From: Candidatus Babelota bacterium
GTDB lineage: Bacteria; Babelota; Babeliae; Babelales; CAIQNR01
Direction: 5' to 3'
Length of the DNA stretch: 50,901 nt
Assembly (NCBI GenBank): GCA_965658655.1
Contig: CBFHTA010000004.1
Location: 1-50,901, forward strand
Under the pieces are notes generated by a model, which ran no database searches, was not told the origin of the DNA, and was given only the letters and a program-made list of their open reading frames with translations. The position numbers and the translations under genes are program-made. Shown here piece by piece: positions 9,977 to 19,544 of the stretch (position 1 is the stretch's first letter; each line of letters begins with the position of its first letter).

Positions 9977-11767
9977 TATTGGTCGAACCGTAAACCATCA
10001 TCTGGTAGATCAAATCTACAAAGGCAGAAAAACTTAATATTACCCATAAGTCAATCATCTCCTAAAGACCTACCGATCCCTATCCTAACAGGAAATCAAT
10101 TTGGAAAACTCAATTACAATGACAGAGTATGGATCAATGCATATGCTGAGATAGCAAATAGCCTCTTAAGTAATCCGAAATCAAACATAAGCATTGAACA
10201 AAATTGGAACTTAATACCCAAAACAGGAACGTATAGTCAAACAACACTAAAAAATTACCAAGCAAACCAAAACAAACCATATTATAACACTCACCACTAT
10301 GGCACTCATAACACATCACACCATACAACTGGCAAAAAACCAAATCTACAAAGTCAGAAAAACTTAATATTACCCATAAGTCAATCATCTCCTAAAGACC
10401 TACCGATCCCTATCCTAATAGGAAATCAATTTGGAAAACTCAATTACAACGACAGAGTATGGATCAATGCATATGCTGAGATAGCAAATAGCCTCTTAAA
10501 TAATCCAAAATCAAACATAAGCATTGAACAAAATTGGAACTTAATACCCAAAACAGGAACGTATAGTCAAACAACACTAAAAAATTACCAAGCAAACCAA
10601 AACAAACCATATTATAACACTCAGCACTATAGCACTCGCAAAACACCAACCCATACAACTGGCAAGAAACCAAACACTCATAACACATCACCCTATAGCA
10701 ATTGTGTATGGTGGATGAAAACATCCTTTGAAACGTGTCCTGACAGGTGTATCACCCTTACTCGATCATGGGATCGATATAAAAACAACAAATATTGGAG
10801 TGGCAGAATAGGAAAGAAAAACGGTAACACTTATTGCCATTGCTGTGAAAAAAAAGGCATGAAGCCCCATAAAACAAAACATAGAAAACACCATACAACT
10901 CGCAAGAAACCAAATTCACACAGGTGGGGGAACTTACTAGTGCCCATAAGTCAATCATCTCCTAGAGGGCTACCTATCCCTGTCTTAAAAGGATCTCACT
11001 TTGAAAACCTCAATTACAACGACAGAGTATGGATCAATGCATATGCTGAGATAGCAAATAGCATCAAAAAAAATTGGGAATTAATACCCAAAACAGGAAC
11101 GTATAGTCAAACAACACTAAAAAATTACCAAGCAAACCACAAGAAACCATATTATAACACTCACCACTATGGCACTCGCGAAACACCAACCCATACAACT
11201 GGCAAGAAACCAAACACTCATAACACATCACCGCACAACACTTGTGTATCTTGGATGAAATCACCTTCTGAAACATGTTCTGATGCATGTATCAACCTTA
11301 CTCGATCAGGATCGGAGGAATATAAAAACAACAAGTATTGGAATGGCACAACAACAAAACAAAACGGGAACACCTATTGCCATTGCTGTAAGAAAAAAAG
11401 CATGAATCTCCATACAACTAAGAAGAAGCCAAAGTCTCATAAAGTATCGCCATACAACAATGACAATGGAAACTTAACTGCAAGGACTTCTAACACCACA
11501 ACAACTTCCAACATGACACAAATTAAAAAAAGTTATCCTGGTAGTTGGTCTGAATCTTGTCATTCATGCAGTCTCAATCTTTCCAATAATACCTTAACTT
11601 GCACTTGCGATAATGGTCACTCTAAAGGCAACAAATCAACTGTCCACGCTAAACCCGGAACATCTCTTTGGAATGACAACGGAAACTTAACCGCAAAGAC
11701 TTCTAAGACAACTACTCATGAAACGAAGAAGCCGTTTAATCCTCGTAGTTTGGATGGAGTCTGGTAG
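9911..11767 (+). CDS. Secreted modular repeat protein (A-A-B-A-B-CVNH-like)
   Basis: Signal peptide, three copies of module A (LPISQSSP...DRVWINAYAEIANS...TGTYSQTTL), two copies of 6-Cys module B (CVxWMK...C...C...YWxG...GNTYCHCC) and a C-terminal GSWSESCHSC...WNDNGNL repeat. Confidence 0.85.
   Translation: MKKLLLVSAFLLMVGGMPATDGYWSNRKPSSGRSNLQRQKNLILPISQSSPKDLPIPILTGNQFGKLNYNDRVWINAYAEIANSLLSNPKSNISIEQNWNLIPKTGTYSQTTLKNYQANQNKPYYNTHHYGTHNTSHHTTGKKPNLQSQKNLILPISQSSPKDLPIPILIGNQFGKLNYNDRVWINAYAEIANSLLNNPKSNISIEQNWNLIPKTGTYSQTTLKNYQANQNKPYYNTQHYSTRKTPTHTTGKKPNTHNTSPYSNCVWWMKTSFETCPDRCITLTRSWDRYKNNKYWSGRIGKKNGNTYCHCCEKKGMKPHKTKHRKHHTTRKKPNSHRWGNLLVPISQSSPRGLPIPVLKGSHFENLNYNDRVWINAYAEIANSIKKNWELIPKTGTYSQTTLKNYQANHKKPYYNTHHYGTRETPTHTTGKKPNTHNTSPHNTCVSWMKSPSETCSDACINLTRSGSEEYKNNKYWNGTTTKQNGNTYCHCCKKKSMNLHTTKKKPKSHKVSPYNNDNGNLTARTSNTTTTSNMTQIKKSYPGSWSESCHSCSLNLSNNTLTCTCDNGHSKGNKSTVHAKPGTSLWNDNGNLTAKTSKTTTHETKKPFNPRSLDGVW
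10011..11395 (+). repeat. Internal coding repeats of the 9911 gene
   Basis: caaatctacaaa at 10011 and 10341 gives a near-identical 330-bp period. A third A copy starts at about 10911. B copies lie at about 10700-10850 and 11240-11395. Confidence 0.92.
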
Positions 11768-11822
11768 AGGGGAGTGGAATAAACTCCATGTTTTTATTAT
11801 TTTCTCAAAATGAAAGGTTAAA

Positions 11823-12833
11823 ATGAAGAAAAAAATATTAGTTATTACAATGACAATAATCGGTTATACATCGTCCATATTTGCATCTGATGCTGAAGTA
11901 TTTTATATAACAGAAAAAGCAACTCCTGCTTCAGACACACCAGAATACGAGGTAGTAACAGCCGCAGATCCTCAAAATAGTATTAATGGAACAATTGAGG
12001 GAGCACCACTTATTCAACTGCCCTCAGGTTTTTTAAACCGCTTACAAAGAGCTCCCCTTAAACACCTATCAAATCTCTTTAATAGAGGCTATCAATACGA
12101 GTTAAATCAAGAAATTTTAAATGACAAAAGAAAATTTTATGAATACATGCATAAAAAAATGCCAACTTTAACTCAACAAGAATCTGATGAAGGACTTTTT
12201 CCTATTGCTACAACAACACTTAAAAGCGCTGAAAAATCTCGTTCGATGAGGCTTGACAATGGAGAGGAAATATTCGACTATTCAACATGCAATTCTTTCT
12301 CTTCTCGCATAGCATTTACCATTTTAACTATTATCCGCATGATGGAACACAATGTACAACCGTCAGACCATTTTATTATTACCTCGATAGGTTCGGGCGA
12401 CTTATTTGATACCTACCTTTTATTGGCTTCATTAAAACAACTTGGTTTCAACAATGTATTTGTTAATATCATCGACCCTATCTATCCTGTTGCTCACAAA
12501 AAAGGTGCAAAAGCAACTAAGCCTTATACAAAAAAAAGCCTTAAAAAGTTAGCCGATCTTTTTCCAGAAAGAGTTTCTGCGTGGAAATATACTGAACAAT
12601 TTATTACTGATACAGGCGGGAAAACTGATCTTATCTTACTTATTGATCCTTATGGACCACTAAAAGGACTTTTAGAAAGTCAAGTTAGAGACTTATTACA
12701 ACTTCCAAATAATGAAAATGCTATTGCACTTGAAGCTAGCTGCGGACAAGGCAGTCGTAATGAAAATTTTTATGAATATACAAACCAAGAATACAAAAAA
12801 ATAATACGTATGATGCACAATGACCACTTCTAA
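11823..12833 (+). CDS. Exported hypothetical protein, possible class I methyltransferase-like fold
   Basis: Signal peptide ending IFA. ITSIGSGDLF followed by VNIIDP resembles SAM-binding motifs I and II (weak). Confidence 0.6.
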   Translation: MKKKILVITMTIIGYTSSIFASDAEVFYITEKATPASDTPEYEVVTAADPQNSINGTIEGAPLIQLPSGFLNRLQRAPLKHLSNLFNRGYQYELNQEILNDKRKFYEYMHKKMPTLTQQESDEGLFPIATTTLKSAEKSRSMRLDNGEEIFDYSTCNSFSSRIAFTILTIIRMMEHNVQPSDHFIITSIGSGDLFDTYLLLASLKQLGFNNVFVNIIDPIYPVAHKKGAKATKPYTKKSLKKLADLFPERVSAWKYTEQFITDTGGKTDLILLIDPYGPLKGLLESQVRDLLQLPNNENAIALEASCGQGSRNENFYEYTNQEYKKIIRMMHNDHF

Positions 12834-12841
12834 AAAATAAA

Positions 12842-13495
12842 TTACTTTTTTAGATGAAACAAAGCGTCTTCATGCCACATGCTATTCAATGCTTTAAGAT
12901 CTGACAAAAAGGTCTGAAGCTCTTTCTGGGAGCCAAACCGAAGCAACCCATTAAGCGTTTTGTGTAGATAGTCTGTAACCATTTCTTGCTGCGTATATTT
13001 ATGGATAATCGCAGCAAAGATAACTTTTTTATAGATATCTATTTTTTCGCCACCGTCTAATTCTTGATCGCATTGTTTAAGCACTTCAAGAGCCTTTGCT
13101 ACTGAACCCTTTTTAAGCCATTCAAGACAAAGCTGTCTTTGATAATACACAACTTTTTTAGAATCTTTGAGTTGTGCGTAGAGATCGATAATTTTTTCTA
13201 AAAACTCTACTTTTTGCTCAATCGCAATAAGCTTTTCGTACACTGTGCTAGCTTCTACAGTATTACCCTCTTCTTGATACATATGCGCAGCTCTAATATA
13301 TTCTGTTACAGCTTGACCATCTTCAAAAAACGAAAGAATATCGCCCTCTAGTTGCTTAATAAAAGGCTGATTATCATCAAGAGAGTAGGTCAAGAGACGT
13401 AATAAGCTTAAAGCCCGTTCTTTTTCCCCGCGCCCAATACATTCGGCTAACTTAAACCACGCGATGCTCTGCTTATTGAGTGAGACTGGTTTCAT
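12842..13495 (-). CDS. Alpha-helical TPR-like hypothetical protein
   Basis: 217-aa ORF with GGGG upstream and a TPR-like segment AVTEYIRAAHMYQEEGNTVEASTVYEKL. Confidence 0.7.
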   Translation of the reverse strand: MKPVSLNKQSIAWFKLAECIGRGEKERALSLLRLLTYSLDDNQPFIKQLEGDILSFFEDGQAVTEYIRAAHMYQEEGNTVEASTVYEKLIAIEQKVEFLEKIIDLYAQLKDSKKVVYYQRQLCLEWLKKGSVAKALEVLKQCDQELDGGEKIDIYKKVIFAAIIHKYTQQEMVTDYLHKTLNGLLRFGSQKELQTFLSDLKALNSMWHEDALFHLKK

Positions 13496-13607
13496 ACTTA
13501 GTACCCCTTACTCATCCTTTTTCTACAAACTATGCATTTCACCATAGTACATTCATAAGCAGAAGAGAAGAATCCCTCTGATTTTTATAATTTAAGCTGA
13601 TTTTTTG

Positions 13608-13635
13608 TTGACAAATTACCTAGGAATAGTACCTT
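13608..13635 (+). promoter_or_regulatory. Candidate promoter of tRNA-Phe
   Basis: TTGACA-16 bp-TACCTT, about 40 bp upstream of the tRNA. Confidence 0.5.
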
Positions 13636-13677
13636 AAGAACATCTTTTCTCTGTTATTCTTATAAATAACACGTCAA

Positions 13678-13752
13678 GCCGGGGTAGCTCAGTGGTAGAG
13701 CATGTGCCTGAAGAGCACAGTGTCGATGGTTCGATTCCGTCTCCCGGCACCA
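13678..13752 (+). tRNA. tRNA-Phe(GAA)
   Basis: Cloverleaf with GCCGGGG/CCCGGC acceptor, anticodon arm TGTGC-CTGAAGA-GCACA, GGTTCGATTCC T-arm and encoded CCA. Confidence 0.97.
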
Positions 13753-13851
13753 TTTTTTTAAGTACATTATTTCACAATTGCCAAGAAACTCTTGGTCTGT
13801 TAGTATTTTGAAATAAGCTAAACACTCTCACAAAGCCCGAATGGCAAAAGC

Positions 13852-14886
13852 ATGAAAAAAATACTTTCAGAAATAAGTTCCATTAAAAAAGCATCTGAAA
13901 AAGCACTTCAAGTTGCTCAATCTTCTGAACAGCTTGAACAAACACGCGTTGAGTTCTTAGGAAGAAAAGGCAAAATTGCCCTTCTTATGCCAACCCTTAA
14001 AAGTCTTTCTGTAGAAGAAAAGCGAGAAGTTGGCCCTAAAATCAATCAATTAAAACAAGATGTTGAAGCACTTTTTTTGACAAAACAGCGTGATTTGCTT
14101 GAAAAATCTTTTGAGCAAGAAGAAGAACAACACAAAGACTTTGATGTAACCGCATACAAAACAAATCAATCTCGAGGATCTTTGCACCCTTATACGCATC
14201 TTACGCGTGAGGTCTGCACTATCTTTAAATCAATGGGGTATGATGTTTTAGATGGTCCAGAAGTTGAAACTGAAGAATACAACTTTGATGCACTTAATAT
14301 TCCTGCTAGTCACCCTGCCAGAGATATGTTTGATACTTTCTGGCTCACCATTCCGGGGTTGTTGATGCGTACTCATACTTCAACAGTACAAATTCATGCC
14401 ATGCAAAATAAAAAGCCTCCACTTGCTTTGATTGTTCCTGGAAGAGCATATAGATATGAATCAACAGATGCTTCTCACGACTGTATGTTTATGCAACTAG
14501 AAGGTTTAGTAATAGCTGAAAACATTTCAATGGCTAATCTCATTGCCACTTTAAAGACTTTTTTACAAACACTCTTCAACAGTAAAAAACTCTCTATTCG
14601 TGTTCGCCCTGGATTCTTTCCTTTTGTTGAACCGGGTATTGAGTTTGATATCACTTGCCCTTTCTGTACTAAGGGTTGTGCAACTTGTAAGCACACACGC
14701 TGGATAGAAATGCTTGGTGCAGGTTTAGTACATCCTAATGTATTAAAAGCATGTAAAATAGATTCCAAAAAATATAGCGGATTCGCCTTCGGATGTGGAT
14801 TAACCAGACTTGCAATGCTTAAATATGGCATTAATGATATTAGACTTTTGCATTCAGGACAGGTATCTTTTTTGGAACAGTTTTAA
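13852..14886 (+). CDS. pheS: Phenylalanine--tRNA ligase alpha subunit
   Basis: Motifs GSLHP, NFDALNIPASHPARDMFDTF, RTHTS, FFPFVEP and GFAFGCGLTRLAML. Confidence 0.98.
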   Translation: MKKILSEISSIKKASEKALQVAQSSEQLEQTRVEFLGRKGKIALLMPTLKSLSVEEKREVGPKINQLKQDVEALFLTKQRDLLEKSFEQEEEQHKDFDVTAYKTNQSRGSLHPYTHLTREVCTIFKSMGYDVLDGPEVETEEYNFDALNIPASHPARDMFDTFWLTIPGLLMRTHTSTVQIHAMQNKKPPLALIVPGRAYRYESTDASHDCMFMQLEGLVIAENISMANLIATLKTFLQTLFNSKKLSIRVRPGFFPFVEPGIEFDITCPFCTKGCATCKHTRWIEMLGAGLVHPNVLKACKIDSKKYSGFAFGCGLTRLAMLKYGINDIRLLHSGQVSFLEQF

Positions 14887-14912
14887 AAAAGAATCCTTAA
14901 AGGAGCGTTACC

Positions 14913-15830
14913 ATGGACGTAACAAAAGTAGTAATTCCAGCAGCGGGGAAAGGAACACGCTTTCTCCCTTTTACAAAGTCTGTTCCCAAGGAAATGTTAC
15001 CCGTACTTGAAAAACCCTCTATTCAATACATCATTGAAGAAGGCCTCCAATCAGCCATAAAAAATTACATTGTAATTACAAGCTCTGGAAAAAATGCAAT
15101 GGCTAATCATTTTGATGCAAAACCAGATCTTGATATGTTCCTACAAGAACGCAATAAAGAAGGCTTACTCAAAGGCTTAGAAAAAATCACACGATCAGTT
15201 AACTTCACTTATATTCGTCAAGCAGAATCATTGGGTCTTGGCCACGCGGTTTCATTAGCTGAACAATGTATTAATAAAGAATATTTTGGTGTAATGCTTC
15301 CTGATGATATTCTAATCGGCAAACAAGCTGCACTGGGGCAACTTATGCGTATTGCTCGTCAAGAAAAAGGAAGTGTGGTTGCTGTACAAGAAGTACCTAT
15401 GGAATGCGTCTCTTCATACGGCGTTGTTGACATAAAACACCAAATTACGCCTCACCTTTTTCAAATTTCTAATCTTACCGAAAAACCTGCCCAAAAAGAT
15501 GCACCTTCAAATCTTGCCATCATCGGCCGCTATGTTCTATCTCATAAAGTGTTTGCATCACTCGACCATATCAGCACCTATAGCACAGGAGAAATTCAAT
15601 TAACCGATGCAATTGGCCATATGATACAAAGCAACGAAAAGGTGTTTGCATATAAAGTGCAAGCTATGCGTTACGACGTAGGCACTCCAATCGGATGGAT
15701 AAAAGCAATCATTGGACTTTCTTTGCAACATCCAATTTATGGTCCACACGTTAAACGTTTTATTGCTGACTTAGAAACAACCGATTCGTATATCTATAAT
15801 CAATCAAAAAATATTGAACATACTGTTTAG
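14913..15830 (+). CDS. galU: UTP--glucose-1-phosphate uridylyltransferase
   Basis: Motifs VIPAAGKGTRFLPFTKSVPKEMLP, LGLGHAV, GEIQLTDAI and RYDVG. Confidence 0.95.
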   Translation: MDVTKVVIPAAGKGTRFLPFTKSVPKEMLPVLEKPSIQYIIEEGLQSAIKNYIVITSSGKNAMANHFDAKPDLDMFLQERNKEGLLKGLEKITRSVNFTYIRQAESLGLGHAVSLAEQCINKEYFGVMLPDDILIGKQAALGQLMRIARQEKGSVVAVQEVPMECVSSYGVVDIKHQITPHLFQISNLTEKPAQKDAPSNLAIIGRYVLSHKVFASLDHISTYSTGEIQLTDAIGHMIQSNEKVFAYKVQAMRYDVGTPIGWIKAIIGLSLQHPIYGPHVKRFIADLETTDSYIYNQSKNIEHTV

Positions 15831-15966
15831 ATTTTAACAAAAAATCCTTCCCCTACCGCACTTTTGCAATGCTTTTTTATTTCTTTAAAAAAGTATTGCA
15901 ATTAGAAAACCGCATGTGTTACATTAAAACTCATGATATGATTCTGTAAAAAAGGAGATAGGGGAA

Positions 15967-16113
15967 ATGAAGGTTATACATTTCGTTATTTTTATTGTTG
16001 GTCTATTCTTGGTTGCACAATCATTCCTAACAGCCTGTACAACAGGTTTCTACAATGGAAAAAGTCCTAAGTATGTATGGACAAAGCCCATTGACAAAAA
16101 AGTTACAAAGTGA
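15967..16113 (+). CDS. 48-aa small lipoprotein (below the ORF-track cutoff)
   Basis: GGAGATAGGGG upstream. Translates as MKVIHFVIFIVGLFLVAQSFLTACTTGFYNGKSPKYVWTKPIDKKVTK*, with a hydrophobic stretch then lipobox LTA-C. Confidence 0.65.
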   Translation: MKVIHFVIFIVGLFLVAQSFLTACTTGFYNGKSPKYVWTKPIDKKVTK

Positions 16114-16124
16114 AAAGGTTTACT

Positions 16125-16454
16125 ATGAAAAAACTACTCTTCACTCTTGTGATTTTAACAGTCTCACCAGTTCAATCTAAACACAATTGCACGGCACGCT
16201 ACCGCAAAGACTTTAAAACTGGAGTGCTGCACAATCACCATGACTTTACTGTCACAGATTGTAATTGCCCTTGTACAGGAACAAGAACAGAGAAAAATGT
16301 TTGCTTACAATGCGGACATACACATCGTCCTGAACAAATAAAAACGAGACCCGAAGATCTCGTTCAAAATGCAGAAAGTGCTTTTAATGAAGTATATGAC
16401 TTTACTGTTGATCTAATTACTACTGATACAAATACTAAAAATCATAACTATTAA
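16125..16454 (+). CDS. Small exported Cys/His-rich hypothetical protein
   Basis: ATG at 16125 after AAAGG, signal MKKLLFTLVILTVSPVQS, motif CNCPC...CLQCGH. Confidence 0.7.
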   Translation: MKKLLFTLVILTVSPVQSKHNCTARYRKDFKTGVLHNHHDFTVTDCNCPCTGTRTEKNVCLQCGHTHRPEQIKTRPEDLVQNAESAFNEVYDFTVDLITTDTNTKNHNY

Positions 16455-16456
16455 AC

Positions 16457-16981
16457 TTATTCACTAGTTATTTTGCTAATCCACGTTCTGAAATCTCTTA
16501 AATCTATTTTCAGTTGCTCACTAAATTCTTTTGTACTTCTATGTAAGGCAGAGACTACTGCAGCAGCTTCTTCTCTATTTACACTAGAGGGAGCACCATA
16601 ATCGGTAGATGTCTCATTACTAGAAAAACCAACGTCGTCACAAATGAAAACTCCATTCTTTTCAAATTTCTCTTTTTCTTCTTCTCTCTTCTTTTTCTTT
16701 CTTTCTTCTAATGCAACTTCTTTTTCCTGCTTTTGTTTTAATAAAGCTACTCTCTTTTCTTTTTGAGCAATATGAGCAGAAACAATCTCTATAAATTCTC
16801 CGGTTCCTTCCCCTACCTTAATACTCGGTCCTTGAAAAGGGCATATTACATTTGTTTTTCCCGTTTGCTTATCTTTTTCCGAAAGATGTTTTACTTCTGT
16901 GCAGCCCCAGCTCAACCAGTTTGCAGTATGAGCTGATCCTGGTACTAAAAACACTACTAAAAGCAACTTATTAAACATCAA
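16457..16981 (-). CDS. Exported hypothetical protein with a charged coiled coil
   Basis: Signal peptide, GAGGAGAGG upstream and a K/E-rich central helix. Confidence 0.7.
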   Translation of the reverse strand: MMFNKLLLVVFLVPGSAHTANWLSWGCTEVKHLSEKDKQTGKTNVICPFQGPSIKVGEGTGEFIEIVSAHIAQKEKRVALLKQKQEKEVALEERKKKKREEEKEKFEKNGVFICDDVGFSSNETSTDYGAPSSVNREEAAAVVSALHRSTKEFSEQLKIDLRDFRTWISKITSE

Positions 16982-16999
16982 CCTCTCCTCTTTTATATT

Positions 17000-19384
17000 T
17001 CAACTTAATGACAATAGAAACGGTAAGACAGTATCAGGATTTAACGATAACGAGTCAATCTTATGCTTAATTAAAAATTGTGCAATCTCCGGATGGTCTG
17101 ATGGAGCCTGCCCACAAATACCAATCTGTTTTTTTTGTTTATGTGCACCTTTAATAGCCATCTCGAGCATTATTTTTACCGCAGGATCTCGTTCATCAAA
17201 GAGAGCCGAAAGCAACCCTGAATCACGATCTACAGAAAGCGTTGTTTGTGTTAGATCGTTTGATCCAATAGAAAAACCATCAAAATATTGAGCAAATTCT
17301 TCGATCAACAATACATTAGAGGGTAACTCACACATCATATAGATTTTTAAACCATTTTTTCCTGAGACCAAGCCACGACTTTTAAGAATATTAAGAACCT
17401 TTCTTGCTTCTTCAAGAGTTCTAACAAATGGTATCATTACGTTAATATTATCAAGTCCCATTACATCACGAGCATAACGTATTGCTTCACATTCCAATTC
17501 AAAGGCTGATTGATAGTTTGGATGATAATAACGAGATGCTCCACGCCAACCTATCATAGGGTTTTCTTCTAGCGGCTCAAAGACATCTCCACCTAGCAGA
17601 CCACGATATTCGTTACTTTTAAAATCAGAAAAACGAACCAAAACAAACCGTGGATAAAACGAAGCTGCAATAGTAGCAACTCCTTGTGCTAATTTTTCTA
17701 TAAAATAATCCTGTGGATCTTCATATCCCACAGTTTTCTCTTCTATTTTTTGTTTTACTTTTTTGTCTGTTACTGCTTGAGGATCTATAAATGCCATTGG
17801 GTGAATCTGAATATCATTAGCGATAATAAACTCAACACGTGCCAACCCCACACCATCAACAGGCAAATCAGAAAGCTGGTATGCAAGATCAGGGGACGCT
17901 ATATTCAAAAGTACTTTAACCGGTGGCTTTTTAATCGTTTTTATTTTGGTAACTGTTTTTTTAATATCAAGCGTTCCTGTATACACAATACCATCTGAAC
18001 CCTGACTACAATCAATGGTAATAGGTTGCCCATCTTTTATTTTTTTCATGGCTCCAGCTGCTCCTACAATTGCTGGAATACCAAGTTCACGGCTTACAAT
18101 TGCAGCATGGCACGTGCGTCCACCACTTTCAGTAACAATGGCCGCAGCCTTTTTCATTATAGGAACCCAGTCAGGGTCGGTAATACGAGTAACTAAAACA
18201 TCACCCGAACGCATTTTATGAATATCTTTTACATTCCTAATAACACACGCTTTCCCTTGCGCTACCTGCTGCCCAATACTTTGCCCTTCAACTAATACTT
18301 GAGCTTCTTTCTTATTCTGTATTGTATAAGTAACAATTTCGTGACTTTTATCTTTAGTAGTATGCACTGTTTCTGGACGTGCTTGCACAATATAAAGTTT
18401 GTTATTTTTTCCATCTTTGGCCCATTCAATATCCATCGGACAAAAAGAACCTTTAAGTTTTGAGTAGTGATCTTCAATTATCACAGCTGCATCGGCTAGT
18501 TCCAAAACTTCTTCGTCCGTTAAAGAAAACTGGACAGCGTCTTTTTTATTTACTTTTTTATTTACCACGGGACTACGACCAGTACCAAATACTTTTTTTA
18601 ATTCTTTGGCACCACACTCTTTACGAATAATTGAGTGATAACCCTCTCTATGAGTCGGTTTAAACACATGAAATTCATCGGGGACAACTTCCCCTTTTAC
18701 AACTGTTTCACCCAAACCGTACGATGAAGTAATAACTACACTTTCTTTAAACCCAGTCTCCGTGTCGATAGTAAACATAACCCCCGCGCAAGCAAGATCT
18801 GAACGTATCATATGCTGTACACCTACAGAAAGGGCAACATCAAAATGATCAAATCCTTTCTCCATGCGATAAATAATTGCACGGTCGGTAAAGAGTGATG
18901 CCATACTTTTTCGACATGCTTCAAGGACGTTTTTGATGCCGTAAACGTTAAGATAGGTTTCCTGTTGTCCCGCAAAAGAAGCATCGGGTAAATCTTCAGC
19001 CGTAGCTGAAGAACGCACGGCCACAGAACAGTTAGTTACTCCAGCCTCTTTACTCATTATTTTATAAGCCTGGGTAATTTCTTCTATCAACTGCTTAGGC
19101 AACGGAGCAGTAGCAATCAGCTGACGGGCCTGTTTGCCAGCCCGAGCCAAAACCTTCAAATCACCTTGCTTCTTAAGAGGTTTTAAAAATTTTTTAAGCT
19201 CATCTAAAAGACCATTTTCTTTTAGATGAAACTGATACGCACTGGCTGTTACGGCAAAACCATCCGGAACATCCACACCCTGACTCCCTAAATCTCGAAT
19301 CATTTGACCAAGAGAAGCGTTTTTTCCGCCCACTTCTGGAATATCTTTGAGCGTTAACTTTTTGAATTCTTTAATGTACTTCAT
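17000..19384 (-). CDS. ppsA: Phosphoenolpyruvate synthase
   Basis: Motifs VGGKNASLG, VRSSATAEDLPDASFAGQQET, phospho-His GGRTCHAAI, SIGSNDLTQ and GICGQAPSD. Confidence 0.98.
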   Translation of the reverse strand: MKYIKEFKKLTLKDIPEVGGKNASLGQMIRDLGSQGVDVPDGFAVTASAYQFHLKENGLLDELKKFLKPLKKQGDLKVLARAGKQARQLIATAPLPKQLIEEITQAYKIMSKEAGVTNCSVAVRSSATAEDLPDASFAGQQETYLNVYGIKNVLEACRKSMASLFTDRAIIYRMEKGFDHFDVALSVGVQHMIRSDLACAGVMFTIDTETGFKESVVITSSYGLGETVVKGEVVPDEFHVFKPTHREGYHSIIRKECGAKELKKVFGTGRSPVVNKKVNKKDAVQFSLTDEEVLELADAAVIIEDHYSKLKGSFCPMDIEWAKDGKNNKLYIVQARPETVHTTKDKSHEIVTYTIQNKKEAQVLVEGQSIGQQVAQGKACVIRNVKDIHKMRSGDVLVTRITDPDWVPIMKKAAAIVTESGGRTCHAAIVSRELGIPAIVGAAGAMKKIKDGQPITIDCSQGSDGIVYTGTLDIKKTVTKIKTIKKPPVKVLLNIASPDLAYQLSDLPVDGVGLARVEFIIANDIQIHPMAFIDPQAVTDKKVKQKIEEKTVGYEDPQDYFIEKLAQGVATIAASFYPRFVLVRFSDFKSNEYRGLLGGDVFEPLEENPMIGWRGASRYYHPNYQSAFELECEAIRYARDVMGLDNINVMIPFVRTLEEARKVLNILKSRGLVSGKNGLKIYMMCELPSNVLLIEEFAQYFDGFSIGSNDLTQTTLSVDRDSGLLSALFDERDPAVKIMLEMAIKGAHKQKKQIGICGQAPSDHPEIAQFLIKHKIDSLSLNPDTVLPFLLSLS

Positions 19385-19544
19385 GAAACAGCACCCTTGG
19401 TTTTAAAAGTAAGTATTGGATAAGATATACTGACATTGAGCTTATTTTGCAACCACAAACCTTAAAGAAACTTGCAGTTTTAAAAGATCTTGAGTATCCT
19501 TTGGAAGTATTGTAAACCTTTAAAAGCCCGATGAGGAGGCAAAA

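Noticed and set aside
10134..11288. Four similar minus-strand ORFs as a possible peptide array
   Set aside because: They mirror the repeats of the 9911 gene and lack their own RBSs.
3361..11767. Diversity-generating retroelement behind the repeat variation
   Set aside because: No reverse transcriptase in the window, and differences between copies are not confined to adenines.
14655..14692. CxxC..CxxC motif in PheS
   Set aside because: A common zinc-binding variant in bacterial PheS.
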